Positions 9,288 to 17,456 of a stretch of DNA of 64,000 nucleotides are shown piece by piece. Position 1 is the first letter of the stretch; each line of letters begins with the position of its first letter. The notes under the pieces are model-generated. The model was not told the origin of the DNA, searched no databases, and was given only the letters and a program-made list of their open reading frames with translations. Source of the DNA: Clostridia bacterium (lineage in GTDB: Bacteria; Bacillota; Clostridia; Oscillospirales; CAG-382); NCBI GenBank assembly GCA_017625615.1, contig JAGAKP010000068.1, positions 54,023-118,022 of the forward strand, read 5' to 3'. The translations under genes were made by a program, and so were the position numbers.

Positions 9288-10556
9288 TTATTTGTTTTCG
9301 TTTAATTTCTTTTTTGCAAGCACCACACATTCTTCGGGGTGGGCTTTTCCTCTTACCACGTCGTCCGCAAAGGCACGGCAGTTCGGTGCGCCGCAGTATC
9401 CGCAGTCGATTTCGGGCAGAGTTTCAAAAAAGCTTGCCGCTTCCGCCATAAGGCGTATAGCCGTTTTTCTGTCAGAGGAAAACATACTGACAGGGTTTAC
9501 CTCCGGAAAATCGCCAACATCGTATTCCGCAGGGAATGGAGTTCCGTCTGCGGAGCGGGGCGGGCGGTTCTGGCTTACCGGAAGGTATCTTCTTATGTTT
9601 TGTAATCTTACTCGGGCGATATAGGGATTTTCCATTGTCAGGACACCGCCGACGCATCCGCCGGGGCAGGCGTTAAGCTCAATAAAGTCCAGACAGGGAT
9701 AGGATCCCGTTTCTATATCGTCAAGTACCTTTATAACGTTTTCGATACCGTCTGCCGCAAGGTATCTGTCGTTGAGAAGGGAAGAGGATTCTCCGCCGCT
9801 GGTAGCCCAGTTAACGCCTATCATTCCCGTGCGGGAGATGGGTGCGGGTGATATCTCGTCCTTCATGGTGTCGAGCAGCTCGAAATACATATCGCTCATA
9901 GAGACTACGAGATCGATATTGCTTTTTTCACCGCAAAGTGCGTTTTTAACGTAGCTTACCTTTGCCGTGCAGGGGGATATAAAGACTACTCCAATATCCT
10001 CGTCCGTCAATTCGGGGTGCTCTTTTCTGGCTTTTTCTCTTGCCAGCTTACCCGCTATCTCAACGGGCGGCATTATGGGAATGAGGTTTTTTGCCAGAGT
10101 GGGGAAGCGCAGTGAAATGAGCCTTACTATAACGGGGCAGGCAGAGCTTATAACGGGGCGTTGAATATCCTCGGATTTAAGATACCGTCTCGTGTATTCC
10201 GTAACCATTTCCGCGGCGCACGCCACCTCGAAAACGTCGTCAAACCCGTAATCCAGAAGTCCCTTAAGCATACAGTCCACGTCGTCCAGATTATCGAACT
10301 GACCGTACAGCGTAGGGGGCGGCAGTGCTATTTTGTATTTGAATTTTTTAATGCTGTCAAGGGGATCGTAGATAGCCTTTTTGGCTTTATGTGGACACAG
10401 ACGTATACATTCACCGCAGTCGATACAACGCTCGGTGTTTATAACGGCGTGTCCGTCCCGTATACGTATCGCTTCGGTGGGACATCTGCGCAGACAATGG
10501 GTACAGCCCTTGCATTTTTCGCTTAACAGCGATACCGAGTGTCTGTATGCCGACAT
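9288..10556 (-). CDS. hydrogenase-like Fe-S protein; putative sensory [FeFe]-hydrogenase (HydS-like, no PAS domain)
   Basis: Two ferredoxin-type CX2CX2CX3CP motifs (CKGCTHCLRRCP, CIDCGECIRLCP). H-domain motifs are SSACP (relay Cys replaced by Ala), SPCTAKVSY and ELNACPGGCVGG. A C-terminal CGYCGAPNC cysteine motif is also present. Confidence 0.75.
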   Translation of the reverse strand: MSAYRHSVSLLSEKCKGCTHCLRRCPTEAIRIRDGHAVINTERCIDCGECIRLCPHKAKKAIYDPLDSIKKFKYKIALPPPTLYGQFDNLDDVDCMLKGLLDYGFDDVFEVACAAEMVTEYTRRYLKSEDIQRPVISSACPVIVRLISLRFPTLAKNLIPIMPPVEIAGKLAREKARKEHPELTDEDIGVVFISPCTAKVSYVKNALCGEKSNIDLVVSMSDMYFELLDTMKDEISPAPISRTGMIGVNWATSGGESSSLLNDRYLAADGIENVIKVLDDIETGSYPCLDFIELNACPGGCVGGVLTMENPYIARVRLQNIRRYLPVSQNRPPRSADGTPFPAEYDVGDFPEVNPVSMFSSDRKTAIRLMAEAASFFETLPEIDCGYCGAPNCRAFADDVVRGKAHPEECVVLAKKKLNENK

Positions 10557-10569
10557 TTCTTCCTCACTT

Positions 10570-11001
10570 TCACACGTATACCGTCATGGTGATCTTCGTG
10601 CCCTTGCCGAGCTTGGAATCTATCACCATTTCGTCGGTATATCTTTTCATATTCGGGAGACCCATTCCCGCGCCGAAGCCCAGCGAACGGATGTTATCGG
10701 GCGCGGTGGAAAATCCTTCCTGCATCGCCTGCTCAATATCGGCGATACCGGGGCCCGTATCTGTAAGTATGATTATTATTCTGTCTTCTTCGATGACGAC
10801 CTCTGCCGTTCCGCCGCCTGCGTGGATGACCATGTTTATCTCACCCTCGTACATGGCGATGGAAACTCTGCGTATGGTCTCAGGCTCAAAGCCCACTTCA
10901 CGGAGTATCTTTTTGACCTTGACGGAAGCTTCGCCCGCCGATGTGAAGTTGGCTCCGTCCACATCGAAGCGATAGGATAACTTCTGATTATCCAAGGTCA
11001 T
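10570..11001 (-). CDS. RsbW/SpoIIAB-type anti-sigma-factor-like serine kinase (HATPase_c_2)
   Basis: About 143 aa with DTGPGI and GFGAGMGLPNM motifs. The start is moved to ATG 11001, which is preceded by AAGGAG and sits just after the upstream stop. The track start at 11040 would overlap that gene by 38 nt. Confidence 0.65.
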   Translation of the reverse strand: MTLDNQKLSYRFDVDGANFTSAGEASVKVKKILREVGFEPETIRRVSIAMYEGEINMVIHAGGGTAEVVIEEDRIIIILTDTGPGIADIEQAMQEGFSTAPDNIRSLGFGAGMGLPNMKRYTDEMVIDSKLGKGTKITMTVYV

Positions 11002-11002
11002 A

Positions 11003-11347
11003 TCACTCCTTGCGACCGAGTCCGTTAATATAAAGCTCACCGCACGCTTCGTACATACGCATATCGGTGGTCATTACCACGATACCGCTTTCCCGTGCGG
11101 CTTCTATCATTTCCTCCGAAGGCTTTTTGCTGCGGACGAAAACGATACAGCGCATATCCATCATACTTGCGGTGCGAATGACCTGAAGGTTTACGAGACC
11201 CGTGAGCAGTACCGCCTGGTTTTTAACGTAAGCCAGAACGTCGCTCATCATATCGCTGCCGCAGGCGGAATTTACTTCTGCTTCGCCGTGATCCTCACAG
11301 CACAGAATTTCCGCGTCTATTATCTTTGCCAGCTCAGCTATCTTCAT
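11003..11347 (-). CDS. DRTGG-domain-like small protein
   Basis: 114 aa with VLLTGLVNLQVIRTA, typical of this family. It is the second copy in the operon. Confidence 0.5.
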   Translation of the reverse strand: MKIAELAKIIDAEILCCEDHGEAEVNSACGSDMMSDVLAYVKNQAVLLTGLVNLQVIRTASMMDMRCIVFVRSKKPSEEMIEAARESGIVVMTTDMRMYEACGELYINGLGRKE

Positions 11348-11362
11348 AGGCGTTCCCTGCTT

Positions 11363-11842
11363 TTATCTGTATTTGTCCAGAATGTCTTTTACGTCTGCGG
11401 GAGTAAGTCTGCCGTAAACGTCGTTATTGATAGTCATAACGGGAGCGAGACCGCAGCAGCCGAGGCAGCGTGTATCCTGAATAGTGAATACACCGTCGGG
11501 TGTGGTTTCGCCTGCGCCGATACCGAGTATCTCCATAACCTTGTCAAGAACTGCCTGCGCGCCTTTAACGTAGCAAGCGGTACCGGTGCATACGCTTATG
11601 ATATATTCGCCCTTGGGCTGAAGTGAAAACTGCGAATAAAACGTAGCAACACCGTATACCTCGGTAAGGGGGATATCAAGGGAATCCGCAATAAGCTCTT
11701 GTGTTTCCAAAGAAAGGTATCCGAAAAGTCCCTGTGCGTACTGCATAATGGGCATAAGGGGGCCGTCTGCGTTTTTATGCTCGTTGATAAACTCCTTCAG
11801 CTCGGCTGTTTTTTGCGCCATTTGCTCTTTTGTTAATGCCAT
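11363..11842 (-). CDS. hydC: NuoE-like [2Fe-2S] subunit of the hydrogenase
   Basis: NuoE pattern VCTGTACYVKG...CLGCCGLAPVM. The start is set at ATG 11842, 8 nt after AGGAGG; the track start lies 15 codons upstream. Confidence 0.85.
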   Translation of the reverse strand: MALTKEQMAQKTAELKEFINEHKNADGPLMPIMQYAQGLFGYLSLETQELIADSLDIPLTEVYGVATFYSQFSLQPKGEYIISVCTGTACYVKGAQAVLDKVMEILGIGAGETTPDGVFTIQDTRCLGCCGLAPVMTINNDVYGRLTPADVKDILDKYR

Positions 11843-11904
11843 TCTTTTTGTCCTCCTGAAATTACTTTCGGAACAGATTATATCCATTCACTAATAATAA
11901 ATAT

Positions 11905-11933
11905 ATAGTATCATAAAACTTTGGTATTTTCAA
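11905..11933 (-). promoter_or_regulatory. candidate promoter of the hydC...hydA operon
   Basis: On the minus strand: TTGAAA (11933-11928), a 17-nt spacer, then TACTAT (11910-11905). Confidence 0.4.
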
Positions 11934-11993
11934 TAAAAATATTAAAAAACGTAGTCATTTTTATCAAAAAAACTTTATTTTCTCGAAAATCTA

Positions 11994-12002
11994 TGGTATA
12001 AT
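11994..12002 (+). promoter_or_regulatory. extended -10 element upstream of the alpha-glucosidase gene
   Basis: TGgTATAAT lies about 25 nt upstream of the ATG at 12027. The -35 is weak. Confidence 0.35.
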
Positions 12003-12026
12003 TTTGCAGAAGGGAGTTGTATATGT

Positions 12027-13685
12027 ATGAAAAATAAGACTTGGTGGCATTCAAAGGTCGCTTATCAGATATATCCGCGCTCGTTTATGGATTCCAACGG
12101 CGACGGTATCGGTGATATAAACGGCATTATCAGCAAGCTGGATTACCTTAAGGAATTGGGTGTGGAGATCGTATGGCTCTCTCCCGTTTACCGTTCTCCT
12201 ATGGACGACGGCGGATACGATATTTCGGATTATTACGATATAGACCCTATCTTCGGTAATAAAGAGGATATGGATAAGCTTATCAATGAAGCAAACAAGC
12301 GCGGCATAAAGCTGCTTATGGACCTTGTTATCAACCACTGCTCCGACGAGCACGAGTGGTTCCAAAAGGCGCTCAAGGACCCCGATTGCGAGGAAGCGGA
12401 GTATTTCTGGTTCCGCGAGAGTGCGGGCGGCCCTCCCAACAACTGGCGTTCAATGTTCGGCGGTTCCGCTTGGGAAAACGTGGGCGGCGACAGATATTAT
12501 CTTCATCTGTTCTCCAAAAAACAGCCCGACCTCAACTGGGAGAACCCCAAGCTGAGACAAAAGCTGTACGATATGGTAAATTATTGGCTGGATAAGGGCT
12601 TGGGCGGCTTCCGTATAGACGCTATCACCCATATCAAAAAGGATCCCACCCTTAAATCCTATCCGGCAGATGCGGACGGAATGGCAGGCTGCTTTGCTCC
12701 TACCAGAAACTTCCCCGGTATCGGTGAGTATCTCACCGACCTGCGCAAAAACACCTTTGATAATTACGAGTGCGTAACCGTTGCGGAGGCGGCGGGTGTG
12801 CCCTACGGCGATCTTGGCGCATACGTGGGCACTGAGGACGGATATTTCGATACTATGTTCGATTTTTCATATTCCGAGCCTTACGCCTACGGAAACGGCT
12901 GGCACGATTGCCTTCGTCCCGGCGAATGGGATTTTGCGGATTGGCGCAACAAGCTGTATATGAGCCAGACCGAAACGGAAAAGATCGGCTACGGTGCAGT
13001 GTTTATAGAAAACCACGATTATCCCCGTTCTATGGATAAGTTTATTCCCGATGCGTACAGAAGCGTCCGCGCACAGCGTATGCTTGGTAATATGTACTTC
13101 TTTATGCGCGGTATTCCCTTTATATATCAGGGACAGGAGCTGGGTATGACCAATACCCGCATGGACAGAATCGAGGATTACGACGATATCTCCACCAAAA
13201 ACCATTACCGCGTCGCTTTAAGAGACGGTCTTTCTCCCGAAGAAGCCTTAAAGGGAGTTGCCCGTTATTCCCGTGATAACGCACGCGTTCCTTTCCCTTG
13301 GACCAAGGGTGAAAACGGCGGATTTACCACCGGCACGCCTTGGCTCAAGTGCCATCCCGATTATGAGACCTTTGCCGCTGAGGATCAGATGAAGGAAAAG
13401 GACAGTATGTTCCATTGGTACAAGAATATGATAGATCTCCGCTCAGAGTATGGGGATATTCTCGTAGAAGGCTCCTTCACCCCCATGGACTACGGCGTTG
13501 AAAAGAGCGTTTGCTACGCCCGCACCACCGAAAAGGGCACGATTATAAGCGTAAACTCCTTCTCTCCCGAAGTGACCGAATATGCTTGCGGAGAGGGCAA
13601 GGTAATAAACGGCGACGGTATAAAGAGCTACCAAAACGGTATCGTTACTCTTGAGCCCTTCGGCTGTGCTTTGATACTTTTATAA
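12027..13685 (+). CDS. GH13 alpha-glucosidase / oligo-1,6-glucosidase
   Basis: WWHSKVAYQIYPRSFMDSNGDGIGD, GFRIDAI and FIENHD conserved regions of GH13 exo-alpha-glucosidases. Confidence 0.85.
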   Translation: MKNKTWWHSKVAYQIYPRSFMDSNGDGIGDINGIISKLDYLKELGVEIVWLSPVYRSPMDDGGYDISDYYDIDPIFGNKEDMDKLINEANKRGIKLLMDLVINHCSDEHEWFQKALKDPDCEEAEYFWFRESAGGPPNNWRSMFGGSAWENVGGDRYYLHLFSKKQPDLNWENPKLRQKLYDMVNYWLDKGLGGFRIDAITHIKKDPTLKSYPADADGMAGCFAPTRNFPGIGEYLTDLRKNTFDNYECVTVAEAAGVPYGDLGAYVGTEDGYFDTMFDFSYSEPYAYGNGWHDCLRPGEWDFADWRNKLYMSQTETEKIGYGAVFIENHDYPRSMDKFIPDAYRSVRAQRMLGNMYFFMRGIPFIYQGQELGMTNTRMDRIEDYDDISTKNHYRVALRDGLSPEEALKGVARYSRDNARVPFPWTKGENGGFTTGTPWLKCHPDYETFAAEDQMKEKDSMFHWYKNMIDLRSEYGDILVEGSFTPMDYGVEKSVCYARTTEKGTIISVNSFSPEVTEYACGEGKVINGDGIKSYQNGIVTLEPFGCALILL

Positions 13686-13698
13686 GGCAGGAAAAAAT

Positions 13699-14736
13699 AT
13701 GATCAGAATAGGATTAAGCGGCGTGGGACGGATGGGCTCCTACCATCTGGCAGTGTATGAAAAATTAATGAGAGAGGGCTTCCCCGTAAAGGTGGTGGCG
13801 GTCTGCGACGTTGATAAGACCCGCCTTGACGGAAGCAAGGTCACCCTTTCCAATCTTGCAGGCGAAAAGGGAAACATATCCGCCTATAATCAGTATACCG
13901 ATATTGACGAAATGCTCCGTAACGAGGAATTGGACGCGGTGGACGTTATTATGCCTACCTACCTCCATTGCGATGCGGCTGTAAAGGTTCTTGAAAGCGG
14001 CAGACACTGTATGTGCGAAAAGCCTATGGCGCTTGACCGCGAGCAGTGCGACAGAATGATAAAGGCGTCAGAGCGCAACGGCAAAACTCTTATGATCGGA
14101 CATTGCCTCCGCTTCTGGCGTGAGTACGTTTACCTCAAGGAGGTAACGGAAAAATCGGTTTACGGTGCCTGCCTCAAGGCGTCCTTCTGGCGCGGCGGTT
14201 ATCAGGACCACGTAAATTCCCCCTCTTGGGAGGATTGGATAATCACCCGTGAAAAGGGCGGCGGCGGTCTGTTTGATCAGCATATTCACGATGCGGACTG
14301 TATCCGTTGGCTCTTCGGCGACCCCGAATATTTAAGCGCCATCGGCAAGACCGTGTTCCCCAAAAGCGCAAACGATATCGTAAGCACCAACTACGGCTAC
14401 GATGATAAGATCGTTTACGCTCACGACGATATAACCTACAAGGGTTATCCCTTCGGCTACGGCTTTACCGTTAGCTTTGAGCACGGCACGCTGGAATATA
14501 AGGACAACGTGCTTACCGTGTACCCCGAAGAGGGGGATCCCTTCAAGCCCGAGCTTTCCTCCTACGGCGAAACGGAGGACGCGTATTATAACGAGCTCAA
14601 GTATTTTCTCACCTGCCTGCTTGAAAATACCTTCCCCGAAAGATGTCATCCCGCAGACAGCGCCTGCGCAGTGGACCTCGTAACAGCGGAAACCACCTCC
14701 GCAGACAACAAGGGAAAGATCATCTCGTACAAATGA
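13699..14736 (+). CDS. Gfo/Idh/MocA-family oxidoreductase
   Basis: N-terminal Rossmann motif IGLSGVGRMG and the EKP motif (CEKPMAL). Confidence 0.8.
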   Translation: MIRIGLSGVGRMGSYHLAVYEKLMREGFPVKVVAVCDVDKTRLDGSKVTLSNLAGEKGNISAYNQYTDIDEMLRNEELDAVDVIMPTYLHCDAAVKVLESGRHCMCEKPMALDREQCDRMIKASERNGKTLMIGHCLRFWREYVYLKEVTEKSVYGACLKASFWRGGYQDHVNSPSWEDWIITREKGGGGLFDQHIHDADCIRWLFGDPEYLSAIGKTVFPKSANDIVSTNYGYDDKIVYAHDDITYKGYPFGYGFTVSFEHGTLEYKDNVLTVYPEEGDPFKPELSSYGETEDAYYNELKYFLTCLLENTFPERCHPADSACAVDLVTAETTSADNKGKIISYK

Positions 14737-14740
14737 TCAT

Positions 14741-14783
14741 AAATCACCCCAAGAAGCCTTACGGCTTCGTGGGGACCCCGATA
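14741..14783. repeat. hairpin repeat copy
   Basis: AAATCACCCCAAGAAGCCTTACGGCTTCGTGGGGACCCCGATA, starting 5 nt after the stop at 14736. Confidence 0.85.
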
Positions 14784-14785
14784 AT

Positions 14786-14814
14786 AAAAAACGCCCGATT
14801 TCTCGGGCGTTTTA
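14786..14814. terminator. bidirectional rho-independent terminator
   Basis: Stem ACGCCCGA/TCGGGCGT (14791-14810) is flanked by A-run and T-run sequences between convergent genes. Confidence 0.7.
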
Positions 14815-14822
14815 AATCGCTT

Positions 14823-16256
14823 TCATTGAATGTAAAGTAACAGATCGTGATCGCAATGCTTTAGATATTTGTGGTACCAAACGTTGTAGCCTTCATATTC
14901 GCGGACGGAATTGCTTCCCGATACGTTGCAATAATACGTTTTCTTTATCAGAACGCCGTTTTCGTCGTAGAAGTATTCGGTTACGCTGTCAACTTTACCG
15001 CTATGATCGTTATATCCTTTTTCCGTCTTTTTAATTACTCTGCCGTTTTCATCGTAGGTATACTCATATCTGCAATAATCGTTTTCCAGATGCTCAATGC
15101 TTTTGTAATCGAAAGACGTTCTGTAACCGTTTTCGTCATATTCGTATACGTAGCGGAATATCTGAGTTTCGCCTTTTTTCTTTTCGTCCACCAAAAGATT
15201 TCCGTTTTCATCGTAGGTGAGCGTCTCAATGGCAACGGAACCGTCATAAAAACGCGTTTCCGCCTTTATCAGCTTTCCGTTTTCTTCGTATGTGTACGTC
15301 GTGACCTCGGAGTTGACCGTTTCTTCGATAATTCTGCCTTCCGAATCGTGCTTCCATTTTTCGATTCGGTAAACCCCTTGATCGCTGCTATAATATTCTC
15401 TGTGGATCATTCTTCCGTTGCTGTCGTATGCGTATCTTATTCCCTGTATTTTATCGTTGGAAGTATGGGTCGTAGTTTCTTTTGATGCAAGCAATCCGTT
15501 GCCGTACCAAGTAAACACGGTGGTTGCTGAATACCCGTCACGTTCCTCTGTGGTTTTCACCAGCGTACCGTCGGTATTGTAGTGGTAGTCAAGGTAGTCG
15601 CGCGTTCCGCCTTCAAATAAACCGTTTTTGTTAAAAATATAACTTATCACGCTTTCGCTGTATCCTCCGTTACTGTAAGAGGAGCGATACATAGATACGG
15701 GAAAACCGTTTTTATCAAGCGAATACTGAACGTATGCAAATCCGTCGTCGTTACGAATTTTATCGTTGTAATCGAAGTTTTGTTTAACATAAAATTCACC
15801 GAAATTTTCAAGCAGTTGAATAGCGTAAATATCGTTTTCTTTTTCTTGCAACAGATCGAACGCTTTTCTGTATTCACCGTTGTTAATAAGCGAAATTATT
15901 TCTTCATATCCCTTGGGAACGGTAATAACTTCGGGCGTTTCGGGGAAATCCTCGCTTATCATAGGCTTCGCAGGCTCTTCTTCCGGCTTGCTTTCTTCGG
16001 GTACGCTTACCTCCGGCTCGCTCTCTTCGGGCTTGCTTTCTTCGGGAGTGCTTTCATCGGGCTTACTCTTCTCGGGTTTGCTCTCCTCGGGCTCGCTTTC
16101 TTCGGGCTCGGACACACTTTCGTTCACACTCTCTTCTTGTGATACAGAGCGGGAAACATCTTCGCTTGTGTCGGCAGGCTCGTCGGCTGCGCATGAAACC
16201 GAAAATAAAATGACGGATAAAATAAGTGCTGTAAAAACTAAAACTTTGGTTTTCAT
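14823..16256 (-). CDS. lipoprotein with an acidic E/S/K/P linker and YD/RHS-like repeats
   Basis: Signal peptide plus lipobox (LFSVSC). The linker carries (E/K)S(K/E)PE repeats. Repeated Y-x-Y-D-E-N-G motifs follow (YTYDENGRVIKK, YFYDENGVLIKK, YEYDENGY). Confidence 0.7.
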   Translation of the reverse strand: MKTKVLVFTALILSVILFSVSCAADEPADTSEDVSRSVSQEESVNESVSEPEESEPEESKPEKSKPDESTPEESKPEESEPEVSVPEESKPEEEPAKPMISEDFPETPEVITVPKGYEEIISLINNGEYRKAFDLLQEKENDIYAIQLLENFGEFYVKQNFDYNDKIRNDDGFAYVQYSLDKNGFPVSMYRSSYSNGGYSESVISYIFNKNGLFEGGTRDYLDYHYNTDGTLVKTTEERDGYSATTVFTWYGNGLLASKETTTHTSNDKIQGIRYAYDSNGRMIHREYYSSDQGVYRIEKWKHDSEGRIIEETVNSEVTTYTYEENGKLIKAETRFYDGSVAIETLTYDENGNLLVDEKKKGETQIFRYVYEYDENGYRTSFDYKSIEHLENDYCRYEYTYDENGRVIKKTEKGYNDHSGKVDSVTEYFYDENGVLIKKTYYCNVSGSNSVREYEGYNVWYHKYLKHCDHDLLLYIQ

Positions 16257-16290
16257 TTGTTTCTCCTCCTTGAAAATGTGTGTATTTTTT
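16164..16290. repeat. junction module copy 1 (signal-peptide coding, RBS and 5' leader)
   Basis: A 127-nt stretch nearly identical to 18913-19039, with only a few mismatches by eye. Confidence 0.8.
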
Positions 16291-16322
16291 TGCGTTTTGC
16301 AATTATGGTGTAAGGCGTACCG

Positions 16323-17342
16323 TCATTCTTTATTTATGGGATGAACCGTGAAATATTCTTTCTGCATTTCGGGTGTACCGAAAAGGTAATCTGTATTGTG
16401 CGCCTTGTATTCCAAGTTTCTGAAAATTTCATTGTATGTTTCGAGGGTTATATCGAAATCATCAATGAACTTCAAAATATTTTGTTCTTTGTCGTCGGTG
16501 TTTGCAAGCCATTGGTTGAAAGCGTCCTGTCCAACGTAATTGATCAAAAGACGGTCTATGATGTAATAATATCTGGTATATCCGTTCCTGTCCTCGATAT
16601 GGGTGTAGTGATCATCAAGATCAGCATATCTGTATCCGTAGGGAATAAACCGTTCATCGTTCCAGAACTCGTTGTTATACCACACGTCTTCGGCAAATGT
16701 GGGATAAAATTCGGCATACACAGGCGTGCCGTAATGCTCATATTCACCCAAAGACATTATACGGCGGTATTCGTAATCCGTGTAAAAGCCTATATAATCC
16801 TCCCACGGTATGTTGAAATACTCCAAAACGTGTCCGGCGGCGATGTATTCGGTTCTATCAAACATAGCGAGATACTTTTCCCTTTCCGCAGTGCTGAAAT
16901 ACGAGTCTACGAAATGGTAATCCAAGCCGTAATAGCCTTTTACGTGCCGTTGACCGTTGGGGGCAACGGATCGGGAAATATATAATGCTTGGTCGATCAT
17001 TCCCGGCAGATCCTCCTGCGAATACCATTCGCCCTCGGGAAGCGTTCCGATAACGTAGCCGTCGTATTTTGAATAATCCACCACCGGCTCGCTTTCTTCG
17101 GGCACGCTTTCTTCTTCGGGTATGCTTTCTTCTTCGGGTATGCTTTCTTCGGGTACGCTTTCTTCTTGCGCCGTACTTTCTTCCGGCATGGAAACGTCTT
17201 CGCTCACACTCGTGTCGGCGTGTTGCGCCTCGGAGCGGGAAACGGTATCGTTCATATCGGCAGGCGCGTTGGCGTTACATGAAAACATAAACAAAATAAG
17301 GGTGACAATTAATGCTGTAAATACTAAAGTCTTGCTTTTCAT
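16323..17342 (-). CDS. Tyr-rich lipoprotein of unknown function
   Basis: The start is set at ATG 17342 (MKSKTLVFTALIVTLILFMFSC lipobox), preceded by AAGGAGGAG. The track's upstream extension only translates the conserved leader. Confidence 0.65.
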   Translation of the reverse strand: MKSKTLVFTALIVTLILFMFSCNANAPADMNDTVSRSEAQHADTSVSEDVSMPEESTAQEESVPEESIPEEESIPEEESVPEESEPVVDYSKYDGYVIGTLPEGEWYSQEDLPGMIDQALYISRSVAPNGQRHVKGYYGLDYHFVDSYFSTAEREKYLAMFDRTEYIAAGHVLEYFNIPWEDYIGFYTDYEYRRIMSLGEYEHYGTPVYAEFYPTFAEDVWYNNEFWNDERFIPYGYRYADLDDHYTHIEDRNGYTRYYYIIDRLLINYVGQDAFNQWLANTDDKEQNILKFIDDFDITLETYNEIFRNLEYKAHNTDYLFGTPEMQKEYFTVHPINKE

Positions 17343-17456
17343 TTGTTTCTCCTCCTTGAAAATGTGTGTATTTTTTGGTGTTTTGCGTGTATAGAGTTTT
17401 TTACCAGTTTCCTGCAAGAAGCTCTGCTTTTATGGGCAGCATGCTCTCGTCGGCGT
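17335..17456. repeat. junction module copy 2 (C-terminal coding end, intergenic leader, RBS and start of the next gene)
   Basis: A 122-nt stretch identical to 18999-19120 except for 2 mismatches. Confidence 0.85.

Noticed and set aside
10570-11040. The track start at 11040 for the kinase-like ATPase, giving a 38-nt overlap with the DRTGG-like gene.
   Set aside because: An internal ATG at 11001 has a good AAGGAG RBS and begins just after the upstream stop. The longer form is unlikely.
15968-16112. Short periodic repeats that could be mistaken for a CRISPR-like or tandem-repeat array.
   Set aside because: The period is 15 nt, in frame and inside an ORF, encoding an acidic E-S-K-P-E linker. 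There is no repeat-spacer structure.
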